Positions 36,151 to 46,318 are shown, numbered from the stretch's first letter. The stretch: 64,000 nucleotides of DNA from an uncultured Candidatus Cloacimonadota bacterium (GCA_964604155.1 CAZRXY010000120.1:85-64084), one strand, 5' to 3'. Notes: generated by a model from the letters alone, not told the origin. Numbers and translations: made by a program.

Positions 36151-36831
36151 ATGTATTATATGGATCCCACATTTATTTTAGTGATCATGGCACTGATATT
36201 TGCCATGGTAGCTCAAAATCAGGTAATGGGCAAGTATAAAAAATATGCTGTGATCCGCAATTCGAGTGGTCTCACAGGGGCAGAAGCGGCTTGGCAGATG
36301 CTGAGCGATAATGGTGTAACCGGCATTGAGATTAAGCCGATAAAAGGGACTTTAACCGATAACTATCACCCTCTGCAGAAGACAATTTATCTTTCGGAAG
36401 GCGTTTATAGCAGTAAGTCTATATCTGCCATCTGTATAGCGGCACATGAAACCGGTCATGCCCTGCAATATGCCCGGGGCTACGCACCAGTTAAGATCAG
36501 GGGGAGCCTGGTTCCCACTGCGAATATTGGTTCTACTCTTGCCTTCCCTATGTTCATATTCGGTTTATTTTTTTCCCTGCCTTTTTTGATGGATCTTGGT
36601 ATCTGGTTTTTTGGAGCAGCTTTGGCTTTTCACATAATAACTTTGCCGGTGGAATTCAATGCATCCAGTCGGGCAATTGGTTATCTGCAATCGCACTTGA
36701 TTCATGATACTCAGGAACTTTCTGCCTGTAAATCCGTTTTGAATGCGGCAGCTCTCACCTATGTGGCTTCCACTTTGATGGCTCTGGCGCAGTTTCTTCG
36801 GTTGATCATGTTACGAGGTTCCAGACGTTGA
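36151..36831 (+). CDS. membrane zinc metallopeptidase (YugP-like)
   Basis: HETGHALQ motif, with N-terminal and C-terminal TM segments. Confidence 0.85.
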   Translation: MYYMDPTFILVIMALIFAMVAQNQVMGKYKKYAVIRNSSGLTGAEAAWQMLSDNGVTGIEIKPIKGTLTDNYHPLQKTIYLSEGVYSSKSISAICIAAHETGHALQYARGYAPVKIRGSLVPTANIGSTLAFPMFIFGLFFSLPFLMDLGIWFFGAALAFHIITLPVEFNASSRAIGYLQSHLIHDTQELSACKSVLNAAALTYVASTLMALAQFLRLIMLRGSRR

Positions 36832-37310
36832 TAGATTTTCACCACAGCCCAAGATTTATATTGCGGGAAAACCTGGGGAAGCTGGCTCGTTTGCTGCGGT
36901 TTTTGGGTTATGATGCGGCATTATATCGCCATTTAAGCTTTACTAATCTCTGCCGTATTGCCGCTCGAGAAAAGAGGCTTGTTCTCACCCGTTCGCGCAT
37001 AGAGGCTAATAAAAAAACAGAATGCCGCAAAATACTCATTATCTCACCCCAGCCGGTGCAGCAGCTTTTAGAAATTATGCCACTGCTGGAATTTAGCGAG
37101 CAGCAAATATTTTCCCGCTGCTCTCTTTGTAATAAATTACTTTACGAAATTGAGAAAGAAAAAATTAATAGCTTAGTACCTGAGTATGTGTATGCTCATA
37201 ACACTCAGTTCAGGTTATGCCGTCATTGCGGTCATATTTACTGGGTTGGTGATCATTACAGGGCACTTTATGAGCGTCTTAAAAACCTGTTTGAGGAAGG
37301 TATGCAATGA
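36828..37310 (+). CDS. Mut7-C RNase-domain protein
   Basis: LGKLARLLRFLGYDA, LVLTRS and a C-terminal zinc-ribbon CSLCN..CRHCGHIYWVGDH. Confidence 0.8.
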   Translation: MIDFHHSPRFILRENLGKLARLLRFLGYDAALYRHLSFTNLCRIAAREKRLVLTRSRIEANKKTECRKILIISPQPVQQLLEIMPLLEFSEQQIFSRCSLCNKLLYEIEKEKINSLVPEYVYAHNTQFRLCRHCGHIYWVGDHYRALYERLKNLFEEGMQ

Positions 37311-38302
37311 AAAAGATTTTGCTTTATTTTGTACTTGTTATAGGGATAGCTTCGCTGAGTGCAGCAAGCACCTACCGGATGAAACAGTACCCCTTTTATG
37401 CTGGGCTCAATTTACATCTATTTCGTGTATCAGGAAATAATTCTCAGGGCTCTATTGCCAAACTTAATTATGGTGGGTGTCTGGGATATAACTACACTCC
37501 GTCATTTGCCTTAGAGCTGAGCGGTAATTCCGGTAAATCAAAGCCGAGTGATCCTGAGGCGAGTGGCTTTACCGCCTGGACAACAGCCAGTGATATAAGG
37601 TCAGAAACAGAATTTTATAATCTGGATTTTGCTTTTCGCTATAATTTCCTGCCCGATCGATTTTCTAATCCTTATCTTTCTTTTGGTGTGGGCAAGCTGT
37701 ATTGGAAGGTATCTAATGATGACGCGATCATAACGGATACCTACGATTACACAATAACCCGCAATAATAATTATGCCTTTGCTTCTGCGGGTCTGGAAAA
37801 CAAGATCAATGAGCATTTTTCAATAATTCTAAATTTTAAGCGGTTATTTATCTTTGGAGATACTTTTAACTTGCTGGCAGATGGTGAATCGCCAGATGCT
37901 TTCACTCAGTTAGGCTTAGAATTTGTCGGCAAATTTGGACGCGGGGTTATAGAAGTAGTAGATTTGGTAGGTATTGAGGCGGTAACTTTTGAATTTAACA
38001 GTACAAAGATCACTTCAGAATCATACAAGATAATTGATCATGTAGTAATGGCTATGAAAAAGAACCCTGATCTTGTAATTGAAGTCCGCGGTTTTACAGA
38101 TAACACTGGCTCAGATTCCGTCAATCTCCGTGTATCCAAAAAAAGGGCACTATCTGTCAAGCAGCTCCTGGTTGACAGAGGTATCTCCCCCAGCAGGATC
38201 ATCACTACGGGTTTGGGGCATCAAAACCCCATTGCCACAAATTCTACAGCGGAAGGCAGAGCTTTGAACCGCCGCGTGGAATTTTACGAGCTTGATAAAT
38301 AA
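37307..38302 (+). CDS. OmpA-family outer membrane protein
   Basis: Signal peptide, a beta-barrel-like N-domain, and a C-terminal OmpA domain (RGFTDNTGS..NLRVSKKRA..NRRVEF). Confidence 0.85.
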   Translation: MKKILLYFVLVIGIASLSAASTYRMKQYPFYAGLNLHLFRVSGNNSQGSIAKLNYGGCLGYNYTPSFALELSGNSGKSKPSDPEASGFTAWTTASDIRSETEFYNLDFAFRYNFLPDRFSNPYLSFGVGKLYWKVSNDDAIITDTYDYTITRNNNYAFASAGLENKINEHFSIILNFKRLFIFGDTFNLLADGESPDAFTQLGLEFVGKFGRGVIEVVDLVGIEAVTFEFNSTKITSESYKIIDHVVMAMKKNPDLVIEVRGFTDNTGSDSVNLRVSKKRALSVKQLLVDRGISPSRIITTGLGHQNPIATNSTAEGRALNRRVEFYELDK

Positions 38303-38405
38303 ATTTTGTTTTGATATCCGGCTTTGCCATACTATGAACCGGTGCAATAAGGCGGAAATTTTGTGGTAGTTTATCACCTTTTTTGGCATAACAGAGTAAC
38401 CTGAG

Positions 38406-39179
38406 ATGAAGATACAGATAGCATCAGATTTGCATCTGGGTCATTCTCCGAACCGTAATTGGCTGCGGAAAAATCCGATCCTGCCGAGAGGAGAATTATT
38501 GATACTGGCTGGAGATACAGTTCCATATATTCATCAGGGCTGGGCAGATTCTTTTTATAATGAAATCAGTGAAAATTTTGAGCAGGTGATATCCATCTTC
38601 GGCAATCACGAATTTTATCAGGGCGAAATCAATATTTCCTTTCCCACCTGCGAAAAACAGATCAGGGATAATATTATTCTATTGAACAATGTGAGTATGG
38701 AGTGGAAAGGTGTGCGGTTTATTTGCACAACACTGTGGAGTGATGTGCCCCTTAGCCTGCGGACAGAAGTACAGGAGATAATGAATGATTATTATCTGAT
38801 AAAGAAAAGGACAATTTTTAAGGAACTGGTGACTATTCAGGTTGAAGATACTCTTAACTACTATCATTATTCTTTGGAATATCTTAAAAAGGAACTGGAC
38901 AAATATAAAAATGAGAAAGTGGTGGTGATTACTCATCATGTACCTGTCTATGGAAGTTTGCCAGAAACATACCTGAAATCGGTACTTAAGTATTCTTATG
39001 GCAATGATCTTGATGAACTAATCATTTCAAATCCTCAAATCTGTCTTTGGGTATGTGGTCACTGCCATTATCCTGATGAACGCATGATAGGCAAGACTCT
39101 GCTGGTGCGGAATCCTTTAGGCTATGTGATCAGAGGTCAGCAGAAGAATTTTAGGCCCGATTATATTGTGGAAATCTAA
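38406..39179 (+). CDS. metallophosphoesterase
   Basis: IASDLHLGH, AGDT, GNHEFY, THH and GHCH motifs. Confidence 0.8.
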   Translation: MKIQIASDLHLGHSPNRNWLRKNPILPRGELLILAGDTVPYIHQGWADSFYNEISENFEQVISIFGNHEFYQGEINISFPTCEKQIRDNIILLNNVSMEWKGVRFICTTLWSDVPLSLRTEVQEIMNDYYLIKKRTIFKELVTIQVEDTLNYYHYSLEYLKKELDKYKNEKVVVITHHVPVYGSLPETYLKSVLKYSYGNDLDELIISNPQICLWVCGHCHYPDERMIGKTLLVRNPLGYVIRGQQKNFRPDYIVEI

Positions 39180-39182
39180 GAA

Positions 39183-39905
39183 ATGGAGGAAGCTTTGAAA
39201 TTTGGGAACATGATATTGCCATTTGCTCTGGAATTAGAAAATCTGCAGGTGAAGGTTACAGATAATGAAGGTTTGTATGCCTATTGGCGTGATTGCCAGG
39301 GCAGTGAAAAGGCAAAATTACTGATGATGAAAAAGCCCCATTTCCTGATAGCTCCAGTAGAGCCGGTGAATCTTCCCAGGCAGGTGGCAAGTCATCTGAT
39401 GATAGAATTTGGCAGAGAGATTATGCTGGAAGCGGAAGCTTCTCAGACGATTTATCTCACATTTCCTATCGAGATCGGTGTTTTTGTGGGTAGAAAGGAA
39501 AAAAATGAAATTCTGGATGTTTTCACGCTCACAAATCCAAAATATACACTGTATGGTGAGCCGAGAAACGGCTTCATTTGTAAATACTGGAAAAGCCTTG
39601 TTCATACGCAGGAGCCTCAACCCAACCCTCTTTATGAAGGTGTGGTTCGCCTTGACCTGCATAATTCCAGCCGTAACTGGGTTTTTGTGAACAAGGCGAT
39701 GTTCAATGCTGTAGGAATGAAGATTTTTTACAATGAAAAATGTGTATCGATGAAGGCACAAATGAAAATCATCGAAGAAGAAGTAGCCGAACTGGAATTT
39801 TTGAATTTACCCCTGTATCGCGATATGAAAAAATCACCGGAGCTTTTTACTCTTAAGCGGCTTTCAGTTGCCTCCAAAAAAGCTGTTATGCTGGAGGGTA
39901 TATGA
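39183..39905 (+). CDS. hypothetical protein
   Basis: A 240-aa ORF in a tight operon context. Its stop overlaps the next start (ATGA). I do not confidently recognise a family. Confidence 0.6.
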   Translation: MEEALKFGNMILPFALELENLQVKVTDNEGLYAYWRDCQGSEKAKLLMMKKPHFLIAPVEPVNLPRQVASHLMIEFGREIMLEAEASQTIYLTFPIEIGVFVGRKEKNEILDVFTLTNPKYTLYGEPRNGFICKYWKSLVHTQEPQPNPLYEGVVRLDLHNSSRNWVFVNKAMFNAVGMKIFYNEKCVSMKAQMKIIEEEVAELEFLNLPLYRDMKKSPELFTLKRLSVASKKAVMLEGI

Positions 39906-40717
39906 ATTTTGACAGGGTAATATATGGTAACCTGAAATTATCAGAAATAATTATAGCTGTATTGATATTTATATTGGGACTTATAGTAGCTAAGCTACTT
40001 TCCAATTATCTGCGAAGAAATCTAAAATCCAAGCTCAGCAAAGACCGTCTGGAAATCTTTATCAAATTGGTATATTACTTTGTGGTCATATTAGTGGCAA
40101 TCTGGGTAATGTCAACTTTGGGATTAAAATTGACGGGTTTATTATATGCTGGTGGATTGTTTGGGATTATTTTAGGCTTTGCCAGCCAGAGCATTGTCGG
40201 TAATCTGGTATCCGGATTTTTTTTGATGATAGAGCGTCCGATCAAGATCGGCAATGCCGTTAATATTGACGGCACAATTGGTATTGTAGAAGATATCAGC
40301 CTGATATCGACGCGGTTGAGAACCTGGGCAGGGCTTGATATCAGGATACCTAATGAGAAGGTATTCACCTCAAATATCACAAATTTTGTGAGTAATGTAG
40401 CACGAAGATTTGAGTACGTTGTGGGTATTCGTTATGAAGATGACGCCGATCTGGCAATCCTGCTTATAAAAGAGCTGCTTGAAGCAGAGACTTTTGTACT
40501 GGCGAATCCGGCACCGCTTGTATTTGTAGAAAAGCTTGATGAAAGCTCCGTGAATATTTCCATCAAGATCTGGGCTCCTATCAGCGAATGGTATTCATTA
40601 TATATGCGGTTATTGTGGGAGATCAAGAAAAAACTGGAAAATAATGGCATCATTATAGCCTTTCCGCAGCGTATGGTCTGGTTTGCAGAAAAAGAAAGTG
40701 AGCAACTGCCCTCTTAG
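39902..40717 (+). CDS. small-conductance mechanosensitive channel (MscS family)
   Basis: Three TM segments plus GFASQSIVGNLVSGFFLMIERPIKIGN..IGIVEDISLISTRLRT. Confidence 0.88.
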   Translation: MNFDRVIYGNLKLSEIIIAVLIFILGLIVAKLLSNYLRRNLKSKLSKDRLEIFIKLVYYFVVILVAIWVMSTLGLKLTGLLYAGGLFGIILGFASQSIVGNLVSGFFLMIERPIKIGNAVNIDGTIGIVEDISLISTRLRTWAGLDIRIPNEKVFTSNITNFVSNVARRFEYVVGIRYEDDADLAILLIKELLEAETFVLANPAPLVFVEKLDESSVNISIKIWAPISEWYSLYMRLLWEIKKKLENNGIIIAFPQRMVWFAEKESEQLPS

Positions 40718-40739
40718 ATTTATCTGTAGTTATAAATCC

Positions 40740-41732
40740 TTAACGAAATATTTGTCTGGTATATTTGTCCGGGTATCGTGGGTCAAAGCAAGTGATAGCC
40801 AGTTCCGGCAAATGATGTGAGACATTGAGCATTGTAGTATTTCCTATTCTATCGAGCCATGAACCCGTGATGCTGGTGGATTCGTGCACATGCCCGTGAA
40901 TAGTGAGAAGTGGCTGTCTGCAAGTGATAAACTGAAGGATAGCTATGCTGCCAATATGTACATCAAGAGGAGCATATTCTATCATTTTACCATCCAGTCC
41001 AGCACGGTCTAAGGCAGTTTTATAGGGCGGTGCATGAAACAGGCAAATATATTTTGAGAGGTCTTTTGATGTAAAAAGTTTTTCCAGGTCTCGCTTAATA
41101 GTACCCCATTCCATTTCCAGATCATCCACTTCCTTTGTTCTAAATCCCGCATTAGGCGGAATTGCCCCTACATCCACATAGCGGGAGACATCATACTTTT
41201 CCCAGTCCTTGAGTTGAAATGGCGTAGGGGGCACATAAGAATAACCGCATATTGTGTATTCCCGCCATTTACGGCAATTATTATGGGAATAATGCCACAG
41301 TCCCTGCTTTTCCAGAGCAAGGCAACTTGGCTCCAATATCCCCGGGTCATCATTGCCTAATATGATGAATATTTCCGGATAACTCTCTTTCATTTCCTTT
41401 TTCAGCAGTGCCAGATTTTGTCTAAGAAAAATTGAAACAAAATCTTCCACGTTTTCACCCAGGTGAATTTTATATATTCCGCCTGAGATATCACCGGCAA
41501 TAAACACCGCAGCAGGTGCCTCATCGGCAATAACGGCAAATAATCTCTCGTAAAGCTCTCTCCTGCCATGCAAATCCGATACTGCCAGGCAGTTATAACC
41601 ACTATGCATAATATACCTCTCAAAACGGGTACACGGAATCATCATCACGCTAATGTCAAGCAAATTGCCGAAACTCAAGCCAGCCCCGGATTTTTTGTAC
41701 TCCTCTATACTAATCTCAGGAGGCATCATCAT
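40740..41732 (-). CDS. metallophosphoesterase
   Basis: AVSDLHG, AGDI, GNDD and GHVH motifs. I moved the start to the Met cluster at 41732 to avoid an implausible overlap with the divergent kinase gene. The exact start is uncertain. Confidence 0.7.
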   Translation of the reverse strand: MMMPPEISIEEYKKSGAGLSFGNLLDISVMMIPCTRFERYIMHSGYNCLAVSDLHGRRELYERLFAVIADEAPAAVFIAGDISGGIYKIHLGENVEDFVSIFLRQNLALLKKEMKESYPEIFIILGNDDPGILEPSCLALEKQGLWHYSHNNCRKWREYTICGYSYVPPTPFQLKDWEKYDVSRYVDVGAIPPNAGFRTKEVDDLEMEWGTIKRDLEKLFTSKDLSKYICLFHAPPYKTALDRAGLDGKMIEYAPLDVHIGSIAILQFITCRQPLLTIHGHVHESTSITGSWLDRIGNTTMLNVSHHLPELAITCFDPRYPDKYTRQIFR

Positions 41733-41809
41733 TTGGGGAAATATTACCCATATTACTTTACAAATGATCAGTTTTATATAAAATGTCTTCGCTGATAAAG
41801 GAGAGTGAT

Positions 41810-43450
41810 ATGCTAACAATGTCGGAGCTAAACCGGCGAATATTGCGATTAGGGCAGCAGGGTCTGGCACGTCAGGTTTTTTTGGCGAGAGTATCGGAAG
41901 AGCTTTTGCAGTTTACGGATTGTGACGCCTTAGAATTGCGATTAGCGGATGAAATGTTGCAGTATTTATGGCATTATTCTGCTGCTGGTGGTGGTTTTTT
42001 TTATGAAAGTGAATTTATGACGCAGCCTGATGGTAGTCTGGTGCCCTGTCTGGAAAGCGAAAATTTTCAGGAAGCGGTTTGCAGTGAGTTATTTAAAATC
42101 CGCTATAATGCAGAATTAAATTATTACTACAGCCGGCAGAGTATATTAATATCAGATACATATCACGATAAGCATTACAGTAATGGAGAAGGCAACACGC
42201 TGGGAGATGAGACTGGCTATGGTTCCATGATCTTCATCTCATTTATCACGGATGATGATATCCCAGGTCTTTTGATCATAAAAAAAGAAAGGTGCGGTTT
42301 TATAAATCCCGAAGATAAGCTGCTCTTTGAGAGTCTGGCTCAGACCCTCGGGATTGCAATAGCCTTTCGCCGTTCGCAATACGCTCTGGGTGAGCGTTTA
42401 AAAGAGCTATCCTGTCTTCATTCCATTAGTAAATTGCTGCAGGAAAGCGATCTTAATATGGATGAAACCTTCGAAAAACTGGTATCAATTATACCTGAAT
42501 CTTTCCAATACCCCGATGAAACTGCCTGCAATCTTAAGATCAGAGAAATAAATTATAAAACAGCGAGTTATAGAGAAAGCAGCCGCAATTTATGCACTAC
42601 AATAATATCTGACCGCGAGATCGTGGGAGAGCTCACAATTTGCCTCTTAGACAGCCACCTGGATTTTCTGCCGGAGGAGCATGATCTCTGCGAATCGATC
42701 TGCCTTGCTACGGGAGCTCTCTACCGCAAATTGCTTTCTGAAAAAGAGCGTAAGGAAACTGAAGAAAAATTACGTCAGGCAGACCGTCTGGCGACTATTG
42801 GTCAATTGGCAGCCGGTATTGCTCATGAACTTAATGAGCCTCTTTCCAATATTCTGGGGTATGCTCAATTAGCATCAGAATCTGCCTGCGATAAGCAATT
42901 AGTAGAAGACCTGCAAAAAATTATCAATTCCTCGCTTCATGCCCGTGAGATAGTACGAAAACTCCTGCTTTTTTCACGTCAGATGCCTATGCATAAAAAA
43001 CAATTGAATCTGAATGATATCATAGACGAAAGCCTCGAAATTGTGGGAAACCGTTTGAATAAGCATAATATAGAGCTGAGACTTGTTCTTGAAGAAAACC
43101 TCCCGGATCTTACAGCCGATAGTTCCCAGCTCAAGCAGGTGGTTATAAATCTACTAGTTAATGCGGAGCAGGCAATGCCTTCTGGCGGTAGATTAATGAT
43201 CAGCACGATCCATAAAGAGGGGAAAATAGAATTAGAGGTGAAAGATAGTGGCACAGGTATGAGCGAAAGTGTGCAAAAAAAGATTTTCCTGCCATTTTTC
43301 ACAACCAAGAGTCAGGGAGAAGGCACAGGGCTCGGACTTGCTGTAGTGCATGGGATAGTAAAGACCCACGGAGGCACGATAAAAGTAAAATCTGGTTTAG
43401 ATCAAGGCACGAGCATCAGGATAATACTCCCCATTACCGAGAAATACTAA
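41810..43450 (+). CDS. cytoplasmic sensor histidine kinase with two GAF-like modules
   Basis: No TM segments. H-box GIAHELNEPLSNILGY and an HATPase_c core (DSGTGM, GTGLGLAVV). Start at the ATG at 41810 with AAGGAGAG upstream. Confidence 0.85.
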   Translation: MLTMSELNRRILRLGQQGLARQVFLARVSEELLQFTDCDALELRLADEMLQYLWHYSAAGGGFFYESEFMTQPDGSLVPCLESENFQEAVCSELFKIRYNAELNYYYSRQSILISDTYHDKHYSNGEGNTLGDETGYGSMIFISFITDDDIPGLLIIKKERCGFINPEDKLLFESLAQTLGIAIAFRRSQYALGERLKELSCLHSISKLLQESDLNMDETFEKLVSIIPESFQYPDETACNLKIREINYKTASYRESSRNLCTTIISDREIVGELTICLLDSHLDFLPEEHDLCESICLATGALYRKLLSEKERKETEEKLRQADRLATIGQLAAGIAHELNEPLSNILGYAQLASESACDKQLVEDLQKIINSSLHAREIVRKLLLFSRQMPMHKKQLNLNDIIDESLEIVGNRLNKHNIELRLVLEENLPDLTADSSQLKQVVINLLVNAEQAMPSGGRLMISTIHKEGKIELEVKDSGTGMSESVQKKIFLPFFTTKSQGEGTGLGLAVVHGIVKTHGGTIKVKSGLDQGTSIRIILPITEKY

Positions 43451-43459
43451 GGCAAAAAA

Positions 43460-44791
43460 ATGAGTAAACAGGACGTTGTAATACTTGTTGTTGATGATTC
43501 GGCAGATACCCGCGAGATGATCCGCCGGCATCTCCAACCCCATTACTCAGTGGTGATTACTGCTTCCAAAGTGGAAGAAGCAGTTGATCTATTAAATAAT
43601 CGTGATATCGATCTGGTGATCACAGATTACAAAATGCCGGGCACAAGCGGTTTGGAACTGGTGCGTTTTATCAGAGAAAATCTCAGAAATACCGGACTGA
43701 TGATGATCACGGGATATGCTACGATAGAGGGTGCCGTGGTAGCAATGAAACTGGGTGTTGAGGAATATCTCCCCAAGCCATTTACAGGCGAGGAACTGCA
43801 TACCGTTGTCAAATCTCTGTTAAAAAAAGTGAAAGCACGGCAGAGTATAGAATGCGCCCATCAAGACGGCGGAAAATACGGGATAATTGGCTGCTCTAAT
43901 GCAATGCAGGAAGTTTTTGACCTCATAGAGAAAGCCTCTCGCACTTCCGCAACGGTGCTGATTACAGGAGAAAGCGGAACCGGCAAAGAACTGGTAACCC
44001 GAGCTATTCACTACCAAAGCAGACGCAGCTCAGCTCCTTTTGTGCCCGTGAATTGCACGGCAATACCGCAGGAACTGCTGGAAAGTGAATTGTTTGGATA
44101 TGTAAAAGGAGCTTTCACCGGTGCAGATACTTCGCGCGCCGGATTTTTTCAAACTGCCGATGGCGGCACAATATTTCTGGACGAAATTGGCGAAATGAGT
44201 CTGATGATGCAGGCAAAATTGCTGCGCGTCATTCAGGAAAAAGAAGTGTATATGGTGGGTTCTCGCAAACCCTTAGCGGTTAATATCAGGATCATTTCTG
44301 CTACTAATAAAGACCTGCGCAGCCTCGTGGATGCAAGACTTTTCAGAGAAGACCTGTATTACCGACTCAATGTAATCAATCTTAGATTACCCCCATTGCG
44401 GGAACGTGACAGCGATATTCTATTGCTCATAAATCATTTCCTCAGAAAGCATAGCCTGGAAATGAGTACTGAGATACCAGCCATTCAGCAGGATGCTCTT
44501 ATGCTTCTACAGCAATATCCCTGGCCAGGAAATGTGAGAGAGCTTGATAACCTGCTGCATAGATTAGTGGTGATGCATAATGACGCTACTATTACGCCTG
44601 CAGACCTGCCCGAATACATGAGAAATAGCCTGGTACTCGGGAATAATCTGCCTCTGCGTACCCTGGCTGAAATTGAAACTGAACATGTGAAAAAAGTGCT
44701 GGAAAATACAGGCGGTAATAAATCCGAAGCTGCCCGTATCCTTGGTATTGATCGCAAAACTCTACGCAGCAAACTTCAGGAATCCCATTAA
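43460..44791 (+). CDS. sigma-54-dependent response regulator (NtrC family)
   Basis: REC domain (VDDS..DLVITDYKMPG), AAA+ motifs GESGTGKE, GAFTGA and the ESELFG loop, and a C-terminal Fis-type HTH (GGNKSEAARILGIDRKTL). Confidence 0.93.
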   Translation: MSKQDVVILVVDDSADTREMIRRHLQPHYSVVITASKVEEAVDLLNNRDIDLVITDYKMPGTSGLELVRFIRENLRNTGLMMITGYATIEGAVVAMKLGVEEYLPKPFTGEELHTVVKSLLKKVKARQSIECAHQDGGKYGIIGCSNAMQEVFDLIEKASRTSATVLITGESGTGKELVTRAIHYQSRRSSAPFVPVNCTAIPQELLESELFGYVKGAFTGADTSRAGFFQTADGGTIFLDEIGEMSLMMQAKLLRVIQEKEVYMVGSRKPLAVNIRIISATNKDLRSLVDARLFREDLYYRLNVINLRLPPLRERDSDILLLINHFLRKHSLEMSTEIPAIQQDALMLLQQYPWPGNVRELDNLLHRLVVMHNDATITPADLPEYMRNSLVLGNNLPLRTLAEIETEHVKKVLENTGGNKSEAARILGIDRKTLRSKLQESH

Positions 44792-44817
44792 CCCCTCAGT
44801 ACGGAGAGAAATTAGCC

Positions 44818-44838
44818 AGTGAGGAATTATTCCCCACT
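44818..44838. promoter_or_regulatory. imperfect 21-bp dyad, candidate enhancer (UAS) for the NtrC-type activator
   Basis: AGTGAGGAATTATTCCCCACT matches its own reverse complement at 18 of 21 positions. It lies about 100 nt upstream of the -24 element, with an AT-rich tract between them. Confidence 0.45.
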
Positions 44839-44936
44839 CATTTGTCTTTATATTATTATATTTTTAGTTACAGTAATATCCCTTATATCTAATATAATAT
44901 TGTATTTAAGTAATAACCATAAAATATCTAAGTGTT

Positions 44937-44952
44937 TGGCACACTTCGTGCA
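44937..44952 (+). promoter_or_regulatory. sigma-54 (-24/-12) promoter upstream of gdh
   Basis: TGGCAC-acttc-GTGCA compared with the consensus TGGCAC-N5-TTGCA. The GG-N10-GC spacing is correct. It lies 41 nt upstream of the gdh ATG. Confidence 0.7.
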
Positions 44953-44992
44953 TTACTAAGCGACATAAGAAAAAAAGATATTGGAGGTAAGA

Positions 44993-46279
44993 ATGGAAGT
45001 GAAGGCTTATAATCCATTCAAGATGGCTCAAGCCCAGTTTGACAAGGTGGCAGATATACTGAATCTTGATCAGGGTACCAGAGATTTACTTCGCAATCCT
45101 CTTCGCGAATATCATTGCAGTATTCCAGTGAAGATGGATGATGGCACAACTAAAGTATTTCAGGGATTTAGAGTGCAGCATAATGATGCCCGTGGTCCTG
45201 GAAAGGGCGGCATTCGTTTTCATCCTCATGAAACAGCAGATACAGTGAAAGCATTATCGATGTGGATGACTTGGAAATGCAGCGTGGTAGATATTCCCTT
45301 AGGTGGCAGTAAAGGCGGAGTGATATGTGATCCCCATAATTTAAGCCAGCGTGAGCAGGAATTGATTTGTCGTGGCTGGGTTCGCCAGATAGCTCATGAC
45401 GTGGGACCTCTACGCGATGTTCCGGCTCCCGATGTGATGACTAATGCTCAGCACATGCTGTGGATGCTTGATGAATTTGAGGCGATTCACGGGCAGAAAT
45501 TTCCTGGTTTTATTACTGGAAAGCCCGTTGGAATGGGTGGTTCTCTGGGCAGAACAGAAGCCACAGGTTATGGAGTGATCTTCACTCTAAGAGAAGCATT
45601 ACGCGAACTTGGTATCAATCCGGCAGACACCACCGCCAGCGTTCAGGGCTTTGGTAATGTGGCTCAATATGCAATAGACCTTTACACGCAGTTAGGTGGC
45701 AAGGTTATCTGTGTTTCATGCTGGGATCAGCAGAAGCAGGCATCATACTCTTTTCGCAAGCCAGACGGAGTCGATCTGCAGCAGCTAAAATCTATTACCG
45801 ATCGTTTTGGCGGCATAGACCAGGCAAAAGCACTTGAATTTGGTTATGAAATACTTCCTGGTGATGACTGGCTTGTTCAGGAAGTGGATATCCTCATACC
45901 TGCGGCATTGGAAAACCAGATCCGTGAGGACAATGCGGCAAAAATCAGCGGCAAAGTAAAGGTGATAGCCGAAGGTGCTAATGGTCCCACAACACCGGAA
46001 GCAGATGCAATTATCAAGCAAAAAGGGATTTTTATGATCCCGGATTTTCTGGCAAATGCCGGTGGCGTTACCTGCAGCTATTTTGAGCAGGTGCAATGCA
46101 ATATGAATTATTACTGGGAAAAAGATGAAGTTCTCAGCAAGCTTGATATCAAGATGACTTCAGCATTCCTTGATGTTTCCAAACTTTCAAAAACAAAAAA
46201 ACTCTACATGCGTGACGCAGCTTATGTGATTGCTATCAATCGCGTTGCCCAGGCATGTAAAGATAGAGGTTGGGTTTAG
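44993..46279 (+). CDS. gdhA: glutamate dehydrogenase
   Basis: GPGKGGIRFH, IPLGGSKGG, a GFGNVA Rossmann motif and ANAGGV. ATG at 44993 with GGAGG upstream. Confidence 0.95.
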   Translation: MEVKAYNPFKMAQAQFDKVADILNLDQGTRDLLRNPLREYHCSIPVKMDDGTTKVFQGFRVQHNDARGPGKGGIRFHPHETADTVKALSMWMTWKCSVVDIPLGGSKGGVICDPHNLSQREQELICRGWVRQIAHDVGPLRDVPAPDVMTNAQHMLWMLDEFEAIHGQKFPGFITGKPVGMGGSLGRTEATGYGVIFTLREALRELGINPADTTASVQGFGNVAQYAIDLYTQLGGKVICVSCWDQQKQASYSFRKPDGVDLQQLKSITDRFGGIDQAKALEFGYEILPGDDWLVQEVDILIPAALENQIREDNAAKISGKVKVIAEGANGPTTPEADAIIKQKGIFMIPDFLANAGGVTCSYFEQVQCNMNYYWEKDEVLSKLDIKMTSAFLDVSKLSKTKKLYMRDAAYVIAINRVAQACKDRGWV

Positions 46280-46318
46280 GCTGCCCAATATTACAAAACC
46301 TTCATGTTAGAAAAGAAT

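Noticed and set aside
41733-41870. Track-defined N-terminal extensions, for example 40740-41870, 41783, 44981, 46270, 14151, 17222, 17642, 19284, 29323 and 57769.
   Set aside because: The upstream starts lack ribosome-binding sites, create implausible overlaps or non-signal-peptide leaders. Downstream ATG or TTG codons with GGAG-type sites give canonical N-termini.
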